NCBI GenBank assembly: GCA_021786845.1
Contig: JAJYMO010000031.1
Span: forward strand, 7,881-71,880
Origin: Pseudomonadota bacterium
GTDB taxonomy: Bacteria > Pseudomonadota > Gammaproteobacteria > Burkholderiales > Sulfuriferulaceae
Length of the DNA: 64,000 bases
Direction of reading: 5' to 3'
The notes beneath the pieces were generated by a model. The model ran no database searches. It worked only from the letters and a program-made list of their open reading frames with translations, and was not told the DNA's origin. Made by a program: the position numbers and the translations under genes. The stretch's first letter is position 1, and each line of letters opens with the position of its first letter. This document shows positions 41,388 to 50,199 of the stretch, one piece after another.

Positions 41388-43097
41388 TTGAAGGCTTCTG
41401 ACGCACTTGCTAAATTTCTTATTGCTCATCGAATTCAAACCTGTTTTGAACTGGTGGGTGGCATGATCACGCACCTTCTTGATAGTTTTGCTGAATCAGG
41501 GCAGTTCAACATCGTCTCCATGCACCACGAGCAATCTGCGGCATTCGCTGCTGAGGGTGTGGCAAGGCAGAGCAAAGGCAAAACAATGGCGGTGGCAATG
41601 GGAACCAGTGGCCCAGGTGCAACCAATTTGATCACTGGACTGGGGAGTTGCTGGTTTGATTCTGTGCCCTGTTTATTCATTACCGGGCAAGTCAACACAA
41701 GAGAACTCAAGGGTGAGCGAGCGATCAGGCAGCAAGGTTTCCAGGAGCTGGATATTGTTGAAGTGGTGCGTTCGCTGACCAAATATGCGGAGAGGGTCGA
41801 TCATCCTGATGATTTATTGCCTGCATTGCACCGCGCGTTGTCAATCGCGCTGAGTGGTCGCCAAGGCCCGGTGTTATTGGATATACCCAACGATGTACAG
41901 CGGGCGGATATTCCAGATGCATTGATCGAGAAATGGCTAAACATTCCATTGGATATTGTCCCAGGGCGTGGAATAGGTGCAAGTAACCTGAAGCAATTGG
42001 AGGCGCTGTGCAAGGATGCCCAGCGACCCTTGATTTGCATTGGCGGCGGTGCGCGATGGGCGGATGCGATGGATGACTGGCTTTTCGCCGCAGATACACT
42101 CGGCATTCCGTATGTGTCAACGTTAATGGGACATGAACGAGTGATTTCCCGTAACAACTACTTCAATATGATCGGCAGTTACGGTAATCGTGAGGCTAAT
42201 TGGGCAGTCCAGAATTGCGATGTGCTGATAGTCGTGGGCGCGCGACTTGATGTTCGGCAAACGGGTTCCGATGCGGAAGACTTTGCCCGCAATGCGCGGA
42301 TTGTCCAGATAGACATTGATCCTGCTCAATTAGATAATCGGGTGCAGGCTGACTTGAGTATCTGTTCAACGGCAGCAAGTTTTTTTAACATTTTTGTTCT
42401 CCAGGCCAGTATGTTTCCAAATATTGACCGAGCCTGGCTGGCTGAACTGTCCATACGACGCGCGCAAGCTCAGATCAATGAATATACAGATTGGGAAATT
42501 AGTCCCAGCGAGGTGTTTAAAAATTTAAATCAGAGTTTGGCGCAATACGCAGTTGATTATGTTTGCGACGTAGGTAATCACCAAATGTGGGCAGCACAAA
42601 GCCTGCGCCTGTCTCCCAATCAAGCCGTTCACTACAGCGGCGGCATGGGAGCAATGGGTTTTGCTTTGCCTGCTGCGTTTGGCGTTGCGATACAGTCTCA
42701 ACATAAAGTCATTGTTATTACAGGTGATGGCAGCCTGCAAATTAATATTCAAGAACTGGACACGCTCAATCGCTTGGGGCTGGATATGACGATTATCGTC
42801 ATGAATAACTCGGTGTTAGGTATGGTTAAAAATTTTCAGGATATGTATTTCGATGGCCGCGACCAATCAACCCGCAAAGGCTATAGCAGCCCCTCTTTTA
42901 CTGATATTGCACAAGCTTACGGCATTGAGGCTTATCGTACCACCAATGCGGCAGAGACAGATCGTGCGCTAGCGTTGATCGCTGACCACAAAGGCCCGTT
43001 ACTCATTGAGATTATGATGGATGGAGCGACGGAATGCCGGCCTCGCTTAGCTTTTGGATCGAAACTGGATGAACAGTTCCCCAAGTTAAATAGTTAG
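41388..43097 (+). CDS. thiamine-diphosphate-dependent enzyme of the acetolactate-synthase fold (YerE-like branched-chain sugar synthase by context)
   Basis: TTG start with RBS agagga; GTSGPGATNLITG; GDGSLQINIQELDT...NN TPP-binding motif; sits directly after rfbH as yerE does in the yersiniose cluster. Confidence 0.75.
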   Translation: MKASDALAKFLIAHRIQTCFELVGGMITHLLDSFAESGQFNIVSMHHEQSAAFAAEGVARQSKGKTMAVAMGTSGPGATNLITGLGSCWFDSVPCLFITGQVNTRELKGERAIRQQGFQELDIVEVVRSLTKYAERVDHPDDLLPALHRALSIALSGRQGPVLLDIPNDVQRADIPDALIEKWLNIPLDIVPGRGIGASNLKQLEALCKDAQRPLICIGGGARWADAMDDWLFAADTLGIPYVSTLMGHERVISRNNYFNMIGSYGNREANWAVQNCDVLIVVGARLDVRQTGSDAEDFARNARIVQIDIDPAQLDNRVQADLSICSTAASFFNIFVLQASMFPNIDRAWLAELSIRRAQAQINEYTDWEISPSEVFKNLNQSLAQYAVDYVCDVGNHQMWAAQSLRLSPNQAVHYSGGMGAMGFALPAAFGVAIQSQHKVIVITGDGSLQINIQELDTLNRLGLDMTIIVMNNSVLGMVKNFQDMYFDGRDQSTRKGYSSPSFTDIAQAYGIEAYRTTNAAETDRALALIADHKGPLLIEIMMDGATECRPRLAFGSKLDEQFPKLNS

Positions 43098-43113
43098 CTG
43101 GCTCATCAATATC

Positions 43114-44055
43114 ATGCAAATAGCTATTCTCGGCGCAACCAGCCAAATTGCCAAAGATTTAATCGTTTCATTTTCCACAGCGTCGAATGATGCCCTGCAC
43201 CTGTTCGCACGACGACCTGATGAAGTGACGCAGTGGCTGGACGCCGTGGGCATCAAGGCTCGCTACATCGCATCGGACTATGCCGTATTCGCTGGCCATG
43301 AATTTGATGCCGTAATCAATTTTATTGGCGTTGGCAATCCTGCGCTGGTGGTGGAAATGGGTGCATCCATCTTCGACATCACGCACCAGTTTGACGGCAT
43401 AGCGATGGACTATGTGCGTCAACACCCAACTTGCCGCTATATTTTTTTGAGTAGTGGCGCAGCGTATGGCGCACAATTCACTGAACCTGTCAGCATCACC
43501 ACGCCTGCGCTGGTACCCATCAATACACTCAGTCCCCAAGACTGGTATGGTGTGGCAAAGTTGTATGCCGAATGCCGTCACCGCGCGCAGGCTGCGCTCC
43601 CTATCATTGATATTCGCATATTCAATTATTTTAGCCGCAGCCAGGACATCGCGGCACGTTTTCTCATCACCGATATGCTGCGTGCCATTCGTGATCAAAC
43701 CGTTATGCAAACCTCCGTCGACCACATCACGCGCGACTTTCTGCACCCGACCGATTTTTACGGCTTGGTGAGCGCATTGTTGTCAGCCCCGCCAGCCAAT
43801 GCCGTGGTGGATGCCTACACGCGGGCACCGATCTCCAAATCAGCTTTGCTGGCAGCCATGCAAGAACAATTTGGTTTGCAGTATGAAGTCGCCGCAACCA
43901 CCACAAGCGTCAATGCCACAGGCGGCAAGCCACATTACTATTCGTTAAACCGGCGTGCTGCAGATTTTGGGTATCAGCCCAGCTTAACTTCGTTAGAGGG
44001 CATCATGCAGGAAGCGCATATCATGCTGTTTGACAGGTACAATAACCGTCATTGA
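43114..44055 (+). CDS. NAD(P)-dependent extended SDR (epimerase/reductase family; YerF-like by context)
   Basis: ILGATSQIAKDL Rossmann variant; YGVAK catalytic YxxxK. Confidence 0.7.
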   Translation: MQIAILGATSQIAKDLIVSFSTASNDALHLFARRPDEVTQWLDAVGIKARYIASDYAVFAGHEFDAVINFIGVGNPALVVEMGASIFDITHQFDGIAMDYVRQHPTCRYIFLSSGAAYGAQFTEPVSITTPALVPINTLSPQDWYGVAKLYAECRHRAQAALPIIDIRIFNYFSRSQDIAARFLITDMLRAIRDQTVMQTSVDHITRDFLHPTDFYGLVSALLSAPPANAVVDAYTRAPISKSALLAAMQEQFGLQYEVAATTTSVNATGGKPHYYSLNRRAADFGYQPSLTSLEGIMQEAHIMLFDRYNNRH

Positions 44056-44135
44056 CTGACCCTTGGTTATGGGGAGGTTACGATTTTCAGTGAAAAGTGG
44101 TTTGCTCCTTTTACTCAATAGAACCGAAAGGCGAC

Positions 44136-44444
44136 ATGATGAGATTAACAGAACAGCAAAGAGCGATCATTCGTGCGGCAGTGATGGAAATTTTCGGCGC
44201 TGATGCCAAGGTGTGGCTGTTTGGATCACGGGTGGATGACCACCAGCGTGGTGGAGATATTGACTTGCTGATTAAATCCCAAACTGGCGATGCAATGAAC
44301 GTAACGCGTGCTGAAATTAATTTGCAAACCATGCTACAAGCCAAACTGGGAGAGCAAAAGATAGATATCTTGCTGGATTACCCTTCACGTCTTACTTATC
44401 CACCTATTTTTCAGGTGGCGAAACAAACGGGTGTTGTATTATGA
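44136..44444 (+). CDS. minimal nucleotidyltransferase (MNT), antitoxin partner of the HEPN protein
   Basis: VWLFGSRVDDHQRGGDIDLLI (GS...DxD pol-beta NTase motif); 4-nt overlap with the downstream ORF. Confidence 0.8.
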   Translation: MMRLTEQQRAIIRAAVMEIFGADAKVWLFGSRVDDHQRGGDIDLLIKSQTGDAMNVTRAEINLQTMLQAKLGEQKIDILLDYPSRLTYPPIFQVAKQTGVVL

Positions 44445-44623
44445 CTGCCGACGTGTCTGTTTTGCGCTTACAAGATGCGTGGCGTGAATGTGAGAGAAAT
44501 GCCTATCATCTTTGCCTGGCCATTACTTTGCTTGATCCTGTTATGCCGATGACGGGTAAGATATACACACAACTCACAGATGAACAGGTACGTATTATTG
44601 ACCAGTTTATCAGTGGCGCGTAA
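44441..44623 (+). pseudogene. HEPN-domain toxin gene, 5' fragment (interrupted by IS insertion)
   Basis: reads ...TDEQVRIIDQFIS then enters IS sequence and stops; continues at 45999. Confidence 0.7.
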
Positions 44624-45997
44624 AACCTCGCCGTTCAGGGCGGGGATGGACAGCGCGGACGGCGTAGCCGTCCTTGTCTTGAAATCGCCATGTTTTCTAT
44701 GCAAAATATTGTTTTAATTGATTGTATTTAATGTAAAATTTACACATGAAACGCTTACAAGCCTACAAGTTTGAACTCATGCCCGATGGTGAGCAATCAC
44801 GCGCCATGCGTCAATACGCGGGTTGCTGCCGTGTGGTGTACAACAAAGCTTTAGCATGGCAAAACGAACAATACCAAGCCGACAACACATTCAAATTCAA
44901 CTACACCAAAATAGCTAACCTGTTGCCACAATGGAAAGCAGAGCTTGCTTGGCTCAAAGACGCGCCAAGCCAAACACTACAACAATCACTCAAAAACTTA
45001 GAATCCAGTTTTAGAAACTTCTTCGCCAAGCGTGCCGACTTCCCTAAATTCAAAAAGAAAGGTCAATCTGACAGCTTTCGCTTCCCGCAAGGCTACAAGC
45101 TTGAGCAACAAAACAATCGAATATGTCTGCCCAAGTTGGGCTGGATACGTTACCGTAACAGCCGTGAAATATTGGGTGCAGTCAAGAATATCACCGTGTC
45201 GCTCAAATGTGGCAAGTGGTATGCATCCATTCAAACCGAACGGGAAGTAGAACAAGCCAATCACCCATCCATCAGCATGGTGGGTGTGGATGTAGGCATT
45301 ACCCGATTCGCCACGCTCAGCAATGGTCAAGTGTTTGAAGCCATCAACAGCTTCAAACAAAAGCAAGCCAGACTGGCGCGCTATCAGCGGGCCCTAAACC
45401 GAAAAGTGAAATTCAGCAATAACTGGAAAAAGCAGAAAGGCAAAATCACCCAGTTACACAGCACCATTGCGAATATCAGGAAAGACTACCTGCACAAAAC
45501 GACGACCGCTATCAGCCAAAACCACGCCATGATAGTAATTGAAGATTTGCAGGTCAGCAATATGAGCAAAAGTGCAAAAGGCACTGTTGAAGTCCAGGGC
45601 AGGAACGTCAAAGCCAAATCAGGCTTGAACCGATCCATTCTGGATCAAGGTTGGTTTGAATTCAGGCGACAGCTTGAGTACAAACAAGCATGGGCGGGTG
45701 GACAGGTCATTGCGGTCAACCCACGCAACACCAGCCGTACTTGCCCTTGCTGTGGTCACATTGCCAAAGAGAATCGCCTCACGCAAGCCCAGTTCGAGTG
45801 TGTGGAATGTGGCTATGCTGAAAATGCAGACCTGGTTGGTGCAATCAACATATTGGCGGCAGGACATGCCGTGTTAGCGTGTGGAGTGACGGTGCAACAA
45901 GGCCGCGCTGTGAAGCACGAACCCGCCGAAGTGACTCAAGCAGTCCTTGCTTGAGCGCCGCAGGAATCTCCTTGCTTTAGCTGGGGGAGGATGTCAA
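44614..45997 (+). mobile_element. TnpB-only IS200/IS605-family (IS1341-type) element, ~1.38 kb; boundaries +/- a few nt
   Basis: left subterminal hairpins (cctcgccgttcagggcgggg; ggacggcgtagccgtcc); right end gaatctccttgctttagctgggggaggatgTCAA; removing 44614..45997 restores one ORF (...DQFIS-LRFTKLQD...). Confidence 0.75.
44746..45954 (+). CDS. tnpB: RNA-guided endonuclease TnpB (IS605 OrfB family), apparently intact
   Basis: 402 aa; N-terminal MKRLQAYKFELMP; RuvC motifs VGVDVGI, MIVIEDL, NADLVGAINI; zinc finger CPCCGH...CVECG. Confidence 0.9.
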   Translation: MKRLQAYKFELMPDGEQSRAMRQYAGCCRVVYNKALAWQNEQYQADNTFKFNYTKIANLLPQWKAELAWLKDAPSQTLQQSLKNLESSFRNFFAKRADFPKFKKKGQSDSFRFPQGYKLEQQNNRICLPKLGWIRYRNSREILGAVKNITVSLKCGKWYASIQTEREVEQANHPSISMVGVDVGITRFATLSNGQVFEAINSFKQKQARLARYQRALNRKVKFSNNWKKQKGKITQLHSTIANIRKDYLHKTTTAISQNHAMIVIEDLQVSNMSKSAKGTVEVQGRNVKAKSGLNRSILDQGWFEFRRQLEYKQAWAGGQVIAVNPRNTSRTCPCCGHIAKENRLTQAQFECVECGYAENADLVGAINILAAGHAVLACGVTVQQGRAVKHEPAEVTQAVLA

Positions 45998-45998
45998 T

Positions 45999-46382
45999 TT
46001 GAGATTTACCAAATTACAGGACGCAATGGGTAATCATTTGTTTCCTTCAATATTGGAATATCTGCAAGAGCCCTATGAAGATCGCCCCATGCTGGATAAA
46101 CTGAACCGTTTGGAAAAACTGGGTTATCTCATCAGTACAGAAGCATGGCAGGGCATACGCCATACCCGAAACAAATTTACCCATGATTATCCTGACGATG
46201 CAGAAAAAAATGCTGCACTCATTAATATCGCCAGTGAAGCCGCTGAGTTAATGTGCTGGATGTTGGCATCCATAGAGAAAAAGTTGCACAGAGAGCAAGG
46301 TGCATTCAAGTTGGGAAGCCCCTTATCCGTGAGCTATCCAAAACGATGGACCATGCATATCAAGGCTGGAGCGCAAAATTGA
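45999..46382 (+). pseudogene. HEPN-domain toxin gene, 3' fragment
   Basis: RFTKLQDAMGNHLFPSIL...; the HEPN Rx4-6H motif lies in GIRHTRNKFTHDYP. Confidence 0.7.
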
Positions 46383-46474
46383 AAGCTGATTGCTCGGCGG
46401 CAAACAGCGTGCGAAATTCTCCAGGGGCGGCTTGGCCTGCAAATTTTATACGGTTAACAGTAAGGTTATCAATA

Positions 46475-46592
46475 AGATGTAAATTGCCATCCTCGGTGCA
46501 ACCAGTCAAATTGCCAAAGACTTGATCGTTTCGTTTTCTGTGGCATCAAAGGACGTCCTGGACCTGTTCGCACGGCGACCTGATGAGGTGAC
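46475..46592 (+). pseudogene. divergent duplicate of the first ~118 bp of the reductase gene at 43114, with a stop at codon 2
   Basis: atgTaaattgccatcctcggtgcaaccagtcaaattgccaaagac... compared with atgcaaatagctattctcggcgcaaccagccaaattgccaaagat...; similarity ends abruptly at the IS21-like end. Confidence 0.8.
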
Positions 46593-46727
46593 TGTCAATG
46601 GCCATTAATTTTGACCCACTACTGGCCAACAATTTTGACCCGCCTTAAGGGATGGTCAAATGGCCACCGTCACTGTAGCGTTACCGCTTGTTCGCGAAAC
46701 GACGGAACCAAAATGAAGGGGTGGGTG
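46593..46727 (+). mobile_element. IS21-family-like left-end relic (terminal repeats plus the first ~6 istA codons only)
   Basis: begins tgtcaatggcc; its last ~110 bp (46617..46727) are ~90% identical to 15198..15425, the terminal part more divergent; truncated after MKGW. Confidence 0.5.
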
Positions 46728-46886
46728 TCAGGCCGCGTCCTGATTTTTCCAGTTGCCATTATTTTCAGCATCAGTGGCACAGATCAAAAAGCCTTGCCAC
46801 ATATGGGTTCGCTAAAAAACAGATGGCAAATTTACGCGCCGACTGGTGGGAGGTATTGGATGCTGTTTAACACTCTTGCAACGTAC

Positions 46887-46979
46887 TGGCGGAGAGAGAG
46901 GGATTCGAACCCTCGGTAAGGCTATAAACCCTACGCTCCCTTAGCAGGGGAGTACCTTCGACCACTCGGCCATCTCTCC
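46887..46979 (-). tRNA. tRNA-Ser (anticodon GCU), 93 nt with long variable arm and encoded CCA
   Basis: reverse complement folds as GGAGAGA acceptor / CTCCC-CTGCTAA-GGGAG anticodon arm / GAGGG-TTCGAAT-CCCTC T-arm / TCTCTCC-G-CCA. Confidence 0.9.
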
Positions 46980-47104
46980 GTGTATTGCAGTTCAATACAG
47001 GCGCGAATAGTATCCCAAGAAGTGCGTTCAGTCAAATTTTCATCGGTGTGATGTAGTTGGCGCAAGCCGGTGATCAAAAGGCCTCTGTGAAGGAGTGCTT
47101 TGAT

Positions 47105-48334
47105 TCAACGTGGCTTTTCTAACTCAAACACATCATGCAAGACGCGCACAGCCAGTTCCAAATATTTCTCATCAATCACCACAGAGATTTTAATCTCGGA
47201 GGTAGAGATCATTTGGATGTTAATGTTTTCTTGTGCAAGTGTTTTGAACATGGTGCTGGCGATGCCGACATGGGAGCGCATGCCCACGCCGACGATGGAC
47301 AGTTTGGCGATATGCTTGTCACCTTTGATCTCTTTGGCACCCAGTTTGGCTTGAAGCGAAGTAAGCAGCTGCATGGTGCGCGGGTATTCACTGCGATTTA
47401 CCGTGAAGGTGAAATCGGTGGTCTTGTCCGCACCAGTATTTTGGATAATCATGTCCACGTCAATATTGGCTTCCGCAACGGGCCCCAGTATCTGATAAGC
47501 GACGCCAGGGGTATCTGGCACGCCCAGGATGGTGATTTTCGCTTCATCGCGATTAAACGCAATACCTGAAATGATTGCTTGTTCCATGGTGTTAGGTTCT
47601 TCCTCGAAAGTAATGAGCGTGCCTTCACCTTCGTCCTGAAAGCTGGACAGCACGCGCAGTTTGACTTTGTATTTGCCCGCAAATTCAACAGCGCGGATTT
47701 GCAGCACTTTGGAGCCCAGGCTGGCCATTTCCAGCATTTCTTCAAAGGTAATGGTATCCAAACGGCGGGCATTGGACACAATGCGCGGGTCAGTGGTATA
47801 AACACCATCAACATCGGTGTAGATTTGACATTCGTCAGCATTGAGCGCGGCAGCCAGTGCAACACCGGTAGTGTCTGAGCCACCGCGTCCCAAGGTGGTG
47901 ATGTTGCCTTGCTCATCGACGCCCTGAAAGCCCGCCACCACCACAACACGACCAGATTCCAAATCTTGCCGCATATTTTGTTCTTCAATGCTGACAATGC
48001 GTGCTTTGGTGTGAGCGTTGTCGGTGAGGATGCGGACTTGCGAGCCGGTGTAGCTGCGGGCTTTCAAACCGAGGTCTTTCAGTGCCATGGCCAGCAACGC
48101 AACAGTGACCTGTTCGCCAGTAGAAATCAGCGCATCCAGTTCGCGTGGATCAGGTTCAGATTGCACTTCTTTCGCCAGAGCAATCAGCCGGTTGGTTTCA
48201 CCGCTCATGGCAGAGAGCACCACCACCACCTGATGACCCAGCATCTTGAATTTTGCAACGCGTTCGGCGACATGCTTGATGCGTTCAACGCTGGCGACAG
48301 AGGTGCCGCCGTATTTTTGTACAATTAAAGCCAT
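47105..48334 (-). CDS. lysC: aspartate kinase
   Basis: MALIVQKYGGTSV; two C-terminal ACT domains. Confidence 0.95.
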   Translation of the reverse strand: MALIVQKYGGTSVASVERIKHVAERVAKFKMLGHQVVVVLSAMSGETNRLIALAKEVQSEPDPRELDALISTGEQVTVALLAMALKDLGLKARSYTGSQVRILTDNAHTKARIVSIEEQNMRQDLESGRVVVVAGFQGVDEQGNITTLGRGGSDTTGVALAAALNADECQIYTDVDGVYTTDPRIVSNARRLDTITFEEMLEMASLGSKVLQIRAVEFAGKYKVKLRVLSSFQDEGEGTLITFEEEPNTMEQAIISGIAFNRDEAKITILGVPDTPGVAYQILGPVAEANIDVDMIIQNTGADKTTDFTFTVNRSEYPRTMQLLTSLQAKLGAKEIKGDKHIAKLSIVGVGMRSHVGIASTMFKTLAQENINIQMISTSEIKISVVIDEKYLELAVRVLHDVFELEKPR

Positions 48335-48417
48335 AGGTTCGTTACATTTCTGCTGTATATCATGTCAAAACGCTATTCTAACCGAGCGGAGTGGTTTTGG
48401 CGAGTTGATGTGTCGCG

Positions 48418-49218
48418 TTAAATCTCAGTCAGTTCCGGTGTCAAATGGGGTGCTAAAACCTGTAATAATTGTGCGAACACCTTTGGCGTGCCTGCAACGA
48501 TGTTACCACTTTCGATGTAACTGTCGTCCCCCTTGAAATCACCCACTAAACCGCCCGCTTCCTGGACAAGCAGACAACCGGCAGCAATGTCCCATTTGGA
48601 CAGTCCAATTTCCCAAAAGCCATCCAGGCGCCCCGCTGCAACATAAGCCAGATCCAGTGCGGCGGACCCCGGACGACGCAGGCCGGCTGATTTTTGGAGC
48701 AAATCACGGAACATGGCGAGGTAAGTGTCCATATGTTTAAAATCCTTATAAGGAAATCCGGTACCAATGAGTGACTCGGCAAGCCGGATACGTTTGGAAA
48801 CACGAATTCGACGGTCGTTTAAGTAAGCGCCTTTGCCCCGTGAGGCGATAAATAAATCGTTGCGGGTTGGGTCATACACCACAGCCTGATCAAGCTGGCC
48901 TTTGACCGCCAGCGCGATGGAAACCGAATATTGCGGGAAACCGTGAATAAAGTTGGTGGTGCCATCAAGCGGATCAATAATCCACTGGAAGTCTGACGAA
49001 CCCTGGCGGCCGCTTTCTTCCGCGAGGATGGCATGATCAGGGTAGGCCTCCAGCAGGGTTTCGATAATGACAGCTTCTGCGGCCCGGTCAACCTCGCTGA
49101 CAAAATCGTTATGCTGTTTTGTAAGTACGGTGAGTTGATCGAGATCGAGCGAAGCGCGGTTAATGATGGCGGCGGCGCGACGGGCGGCTTTAACGGCCGT
49201 GGTGAGCATAGGGTGCAT
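48418..49218 (-). CDS. suhB: inositol monophosphatase family protein
   Basis: EESG...[12 protein letters not shown] and WDIAAG motifs. Confidence 0.9.
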   Translation of the reverse strand: MHPMLTTAVKAARRAAAIINRASLDLDQLTVLTKQHNDFVSEVDRAAEAVIIETLLEAYPDHAILAEESGRQGSSDFQWIIDPLDGTTNFIHGFPQYSVSIALAVKGQLDQAVVYDPTRNDLFIASRGKGAYLNDRRIRVSKRIRLAESLIGTGFPYKDFKHMDTYLAMFRDLLQKSAGLRRPGSAALDLAYVAAGRLDGFWEIGLSKWDIAAGCLLVQEAGGLVGDFKGDDSYIESGNIVAGTPKVFAQLLQVLAPHLTPELTEI

Positions 49219-49353
49219 GATGGGAGTAGGTAAGCAAAAACAGTGGCTATTTTATCCTAAATCGCGTAGTTTGCACGATTCGATATGTTTTCGCCTGTCC
49301 TTACCCATTATTAATGGTGTGGAATATTCAGGCCCAAGGTTTAGAAAAATACC

Positions 49354-50124
49354 ATGCAACAAAATCAGGTTGAAAATTTGAGTCAGGTACGTGTGGTGCT
49401 CAGTCATACCAGCCACCCGGGTAATATCGGTTCGGCAGCACGGGCCATGAAAACCATGGGGCTATCCCGTTTGTATCTGGTGAATCCAAAGCGGTTCCCT
49501 GATGCCATTGCGGTAGCGATGTCTGTAGGTGCTGCGGATCTGCTGGACAGCGCGCAAGTGGTCGGTAGCCTGGAGGAAGCTTTGGTTGGCGTGACATTGG
49601 TGGCGGGTTGCACAGCGCGCACGCGTGGTTTATCACATGCCATGTTGAGTGCCCGCGACGCTGCACCCCAGATGGCAGCACAGGCTGCACATTCACCTGT
49701 GGCATTGGTATTCGGCACAGAAATGTCTGGCTTGACCAATGCCGAATTGAATTTATGTCATTTGCTCGTGCATATCCCTGCCAATCCGGATTTCAGTTCG
49801 TTGAATCTGGCAGCAGCGGTACAAATACTCGCCTATGAGATGCGTATCGCTTGTGGTGCCGGAATTATGCCGGATCAGGCAGATTTGCCGCTGGCGCAGC
49901 ACGATGAAATGGAGCACTACTATCAATTATTGGAACATACGCTAGTTGAAATTGGGTTTATGAATCCTGCGGCGCCAAGGCGTTTAATGACGCGGCTACG
50001 GCGCTTGTATGCCCGTGCACGCATCGAGAGGGAAGAGCTCAATATTTTGATGGGCATACTAAAACGTATCCATCAGCCCAAAGAGGGCGTTCGTCGCGTG
50101 ATTGAACCCGAACATGACGGTTGA
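49354..50124 (+). CDS. trmJ: tRNA (cytidine/uridine-2'-O)-methyltransferase TrmJ (SpoU class)
   Basis: VLSHTSHPGNIGSAARAMKTMG and FGTEMSGLTN...IPANPDFSSLNLAAAV SPOUT motifs. Confidence 0.85.
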   Translation: MQQNQVENLSQVRVVLSHTSHPGNIGSAARAMKTMGLSRLYLVNPKRFPDAIAVAMSVGAADLLDSAQVVGSLEEALVGVTLVAGCTARTRGLSHAMLSARDAAPQMAAQAAHSPVALVFGTEMSGLTNAELNLCHLLVHIPANPDFSSLNLAAAVQILAYEMRIACGAGIMPDQADLPLAQHDEMEHYYQLLEHTLVEIGFMNPAAPRRLMTRLRRLYARARIEREELNILMGILKRIHQPKEGVRRVIEPEHDG

Positions 50125-50199
50125 CTGTTTCCTGGTTGAATAATTCTGTTCTGTATTGCATACTCACGGGTATTTTTAATGCGGCGGTAAAGACCAATC

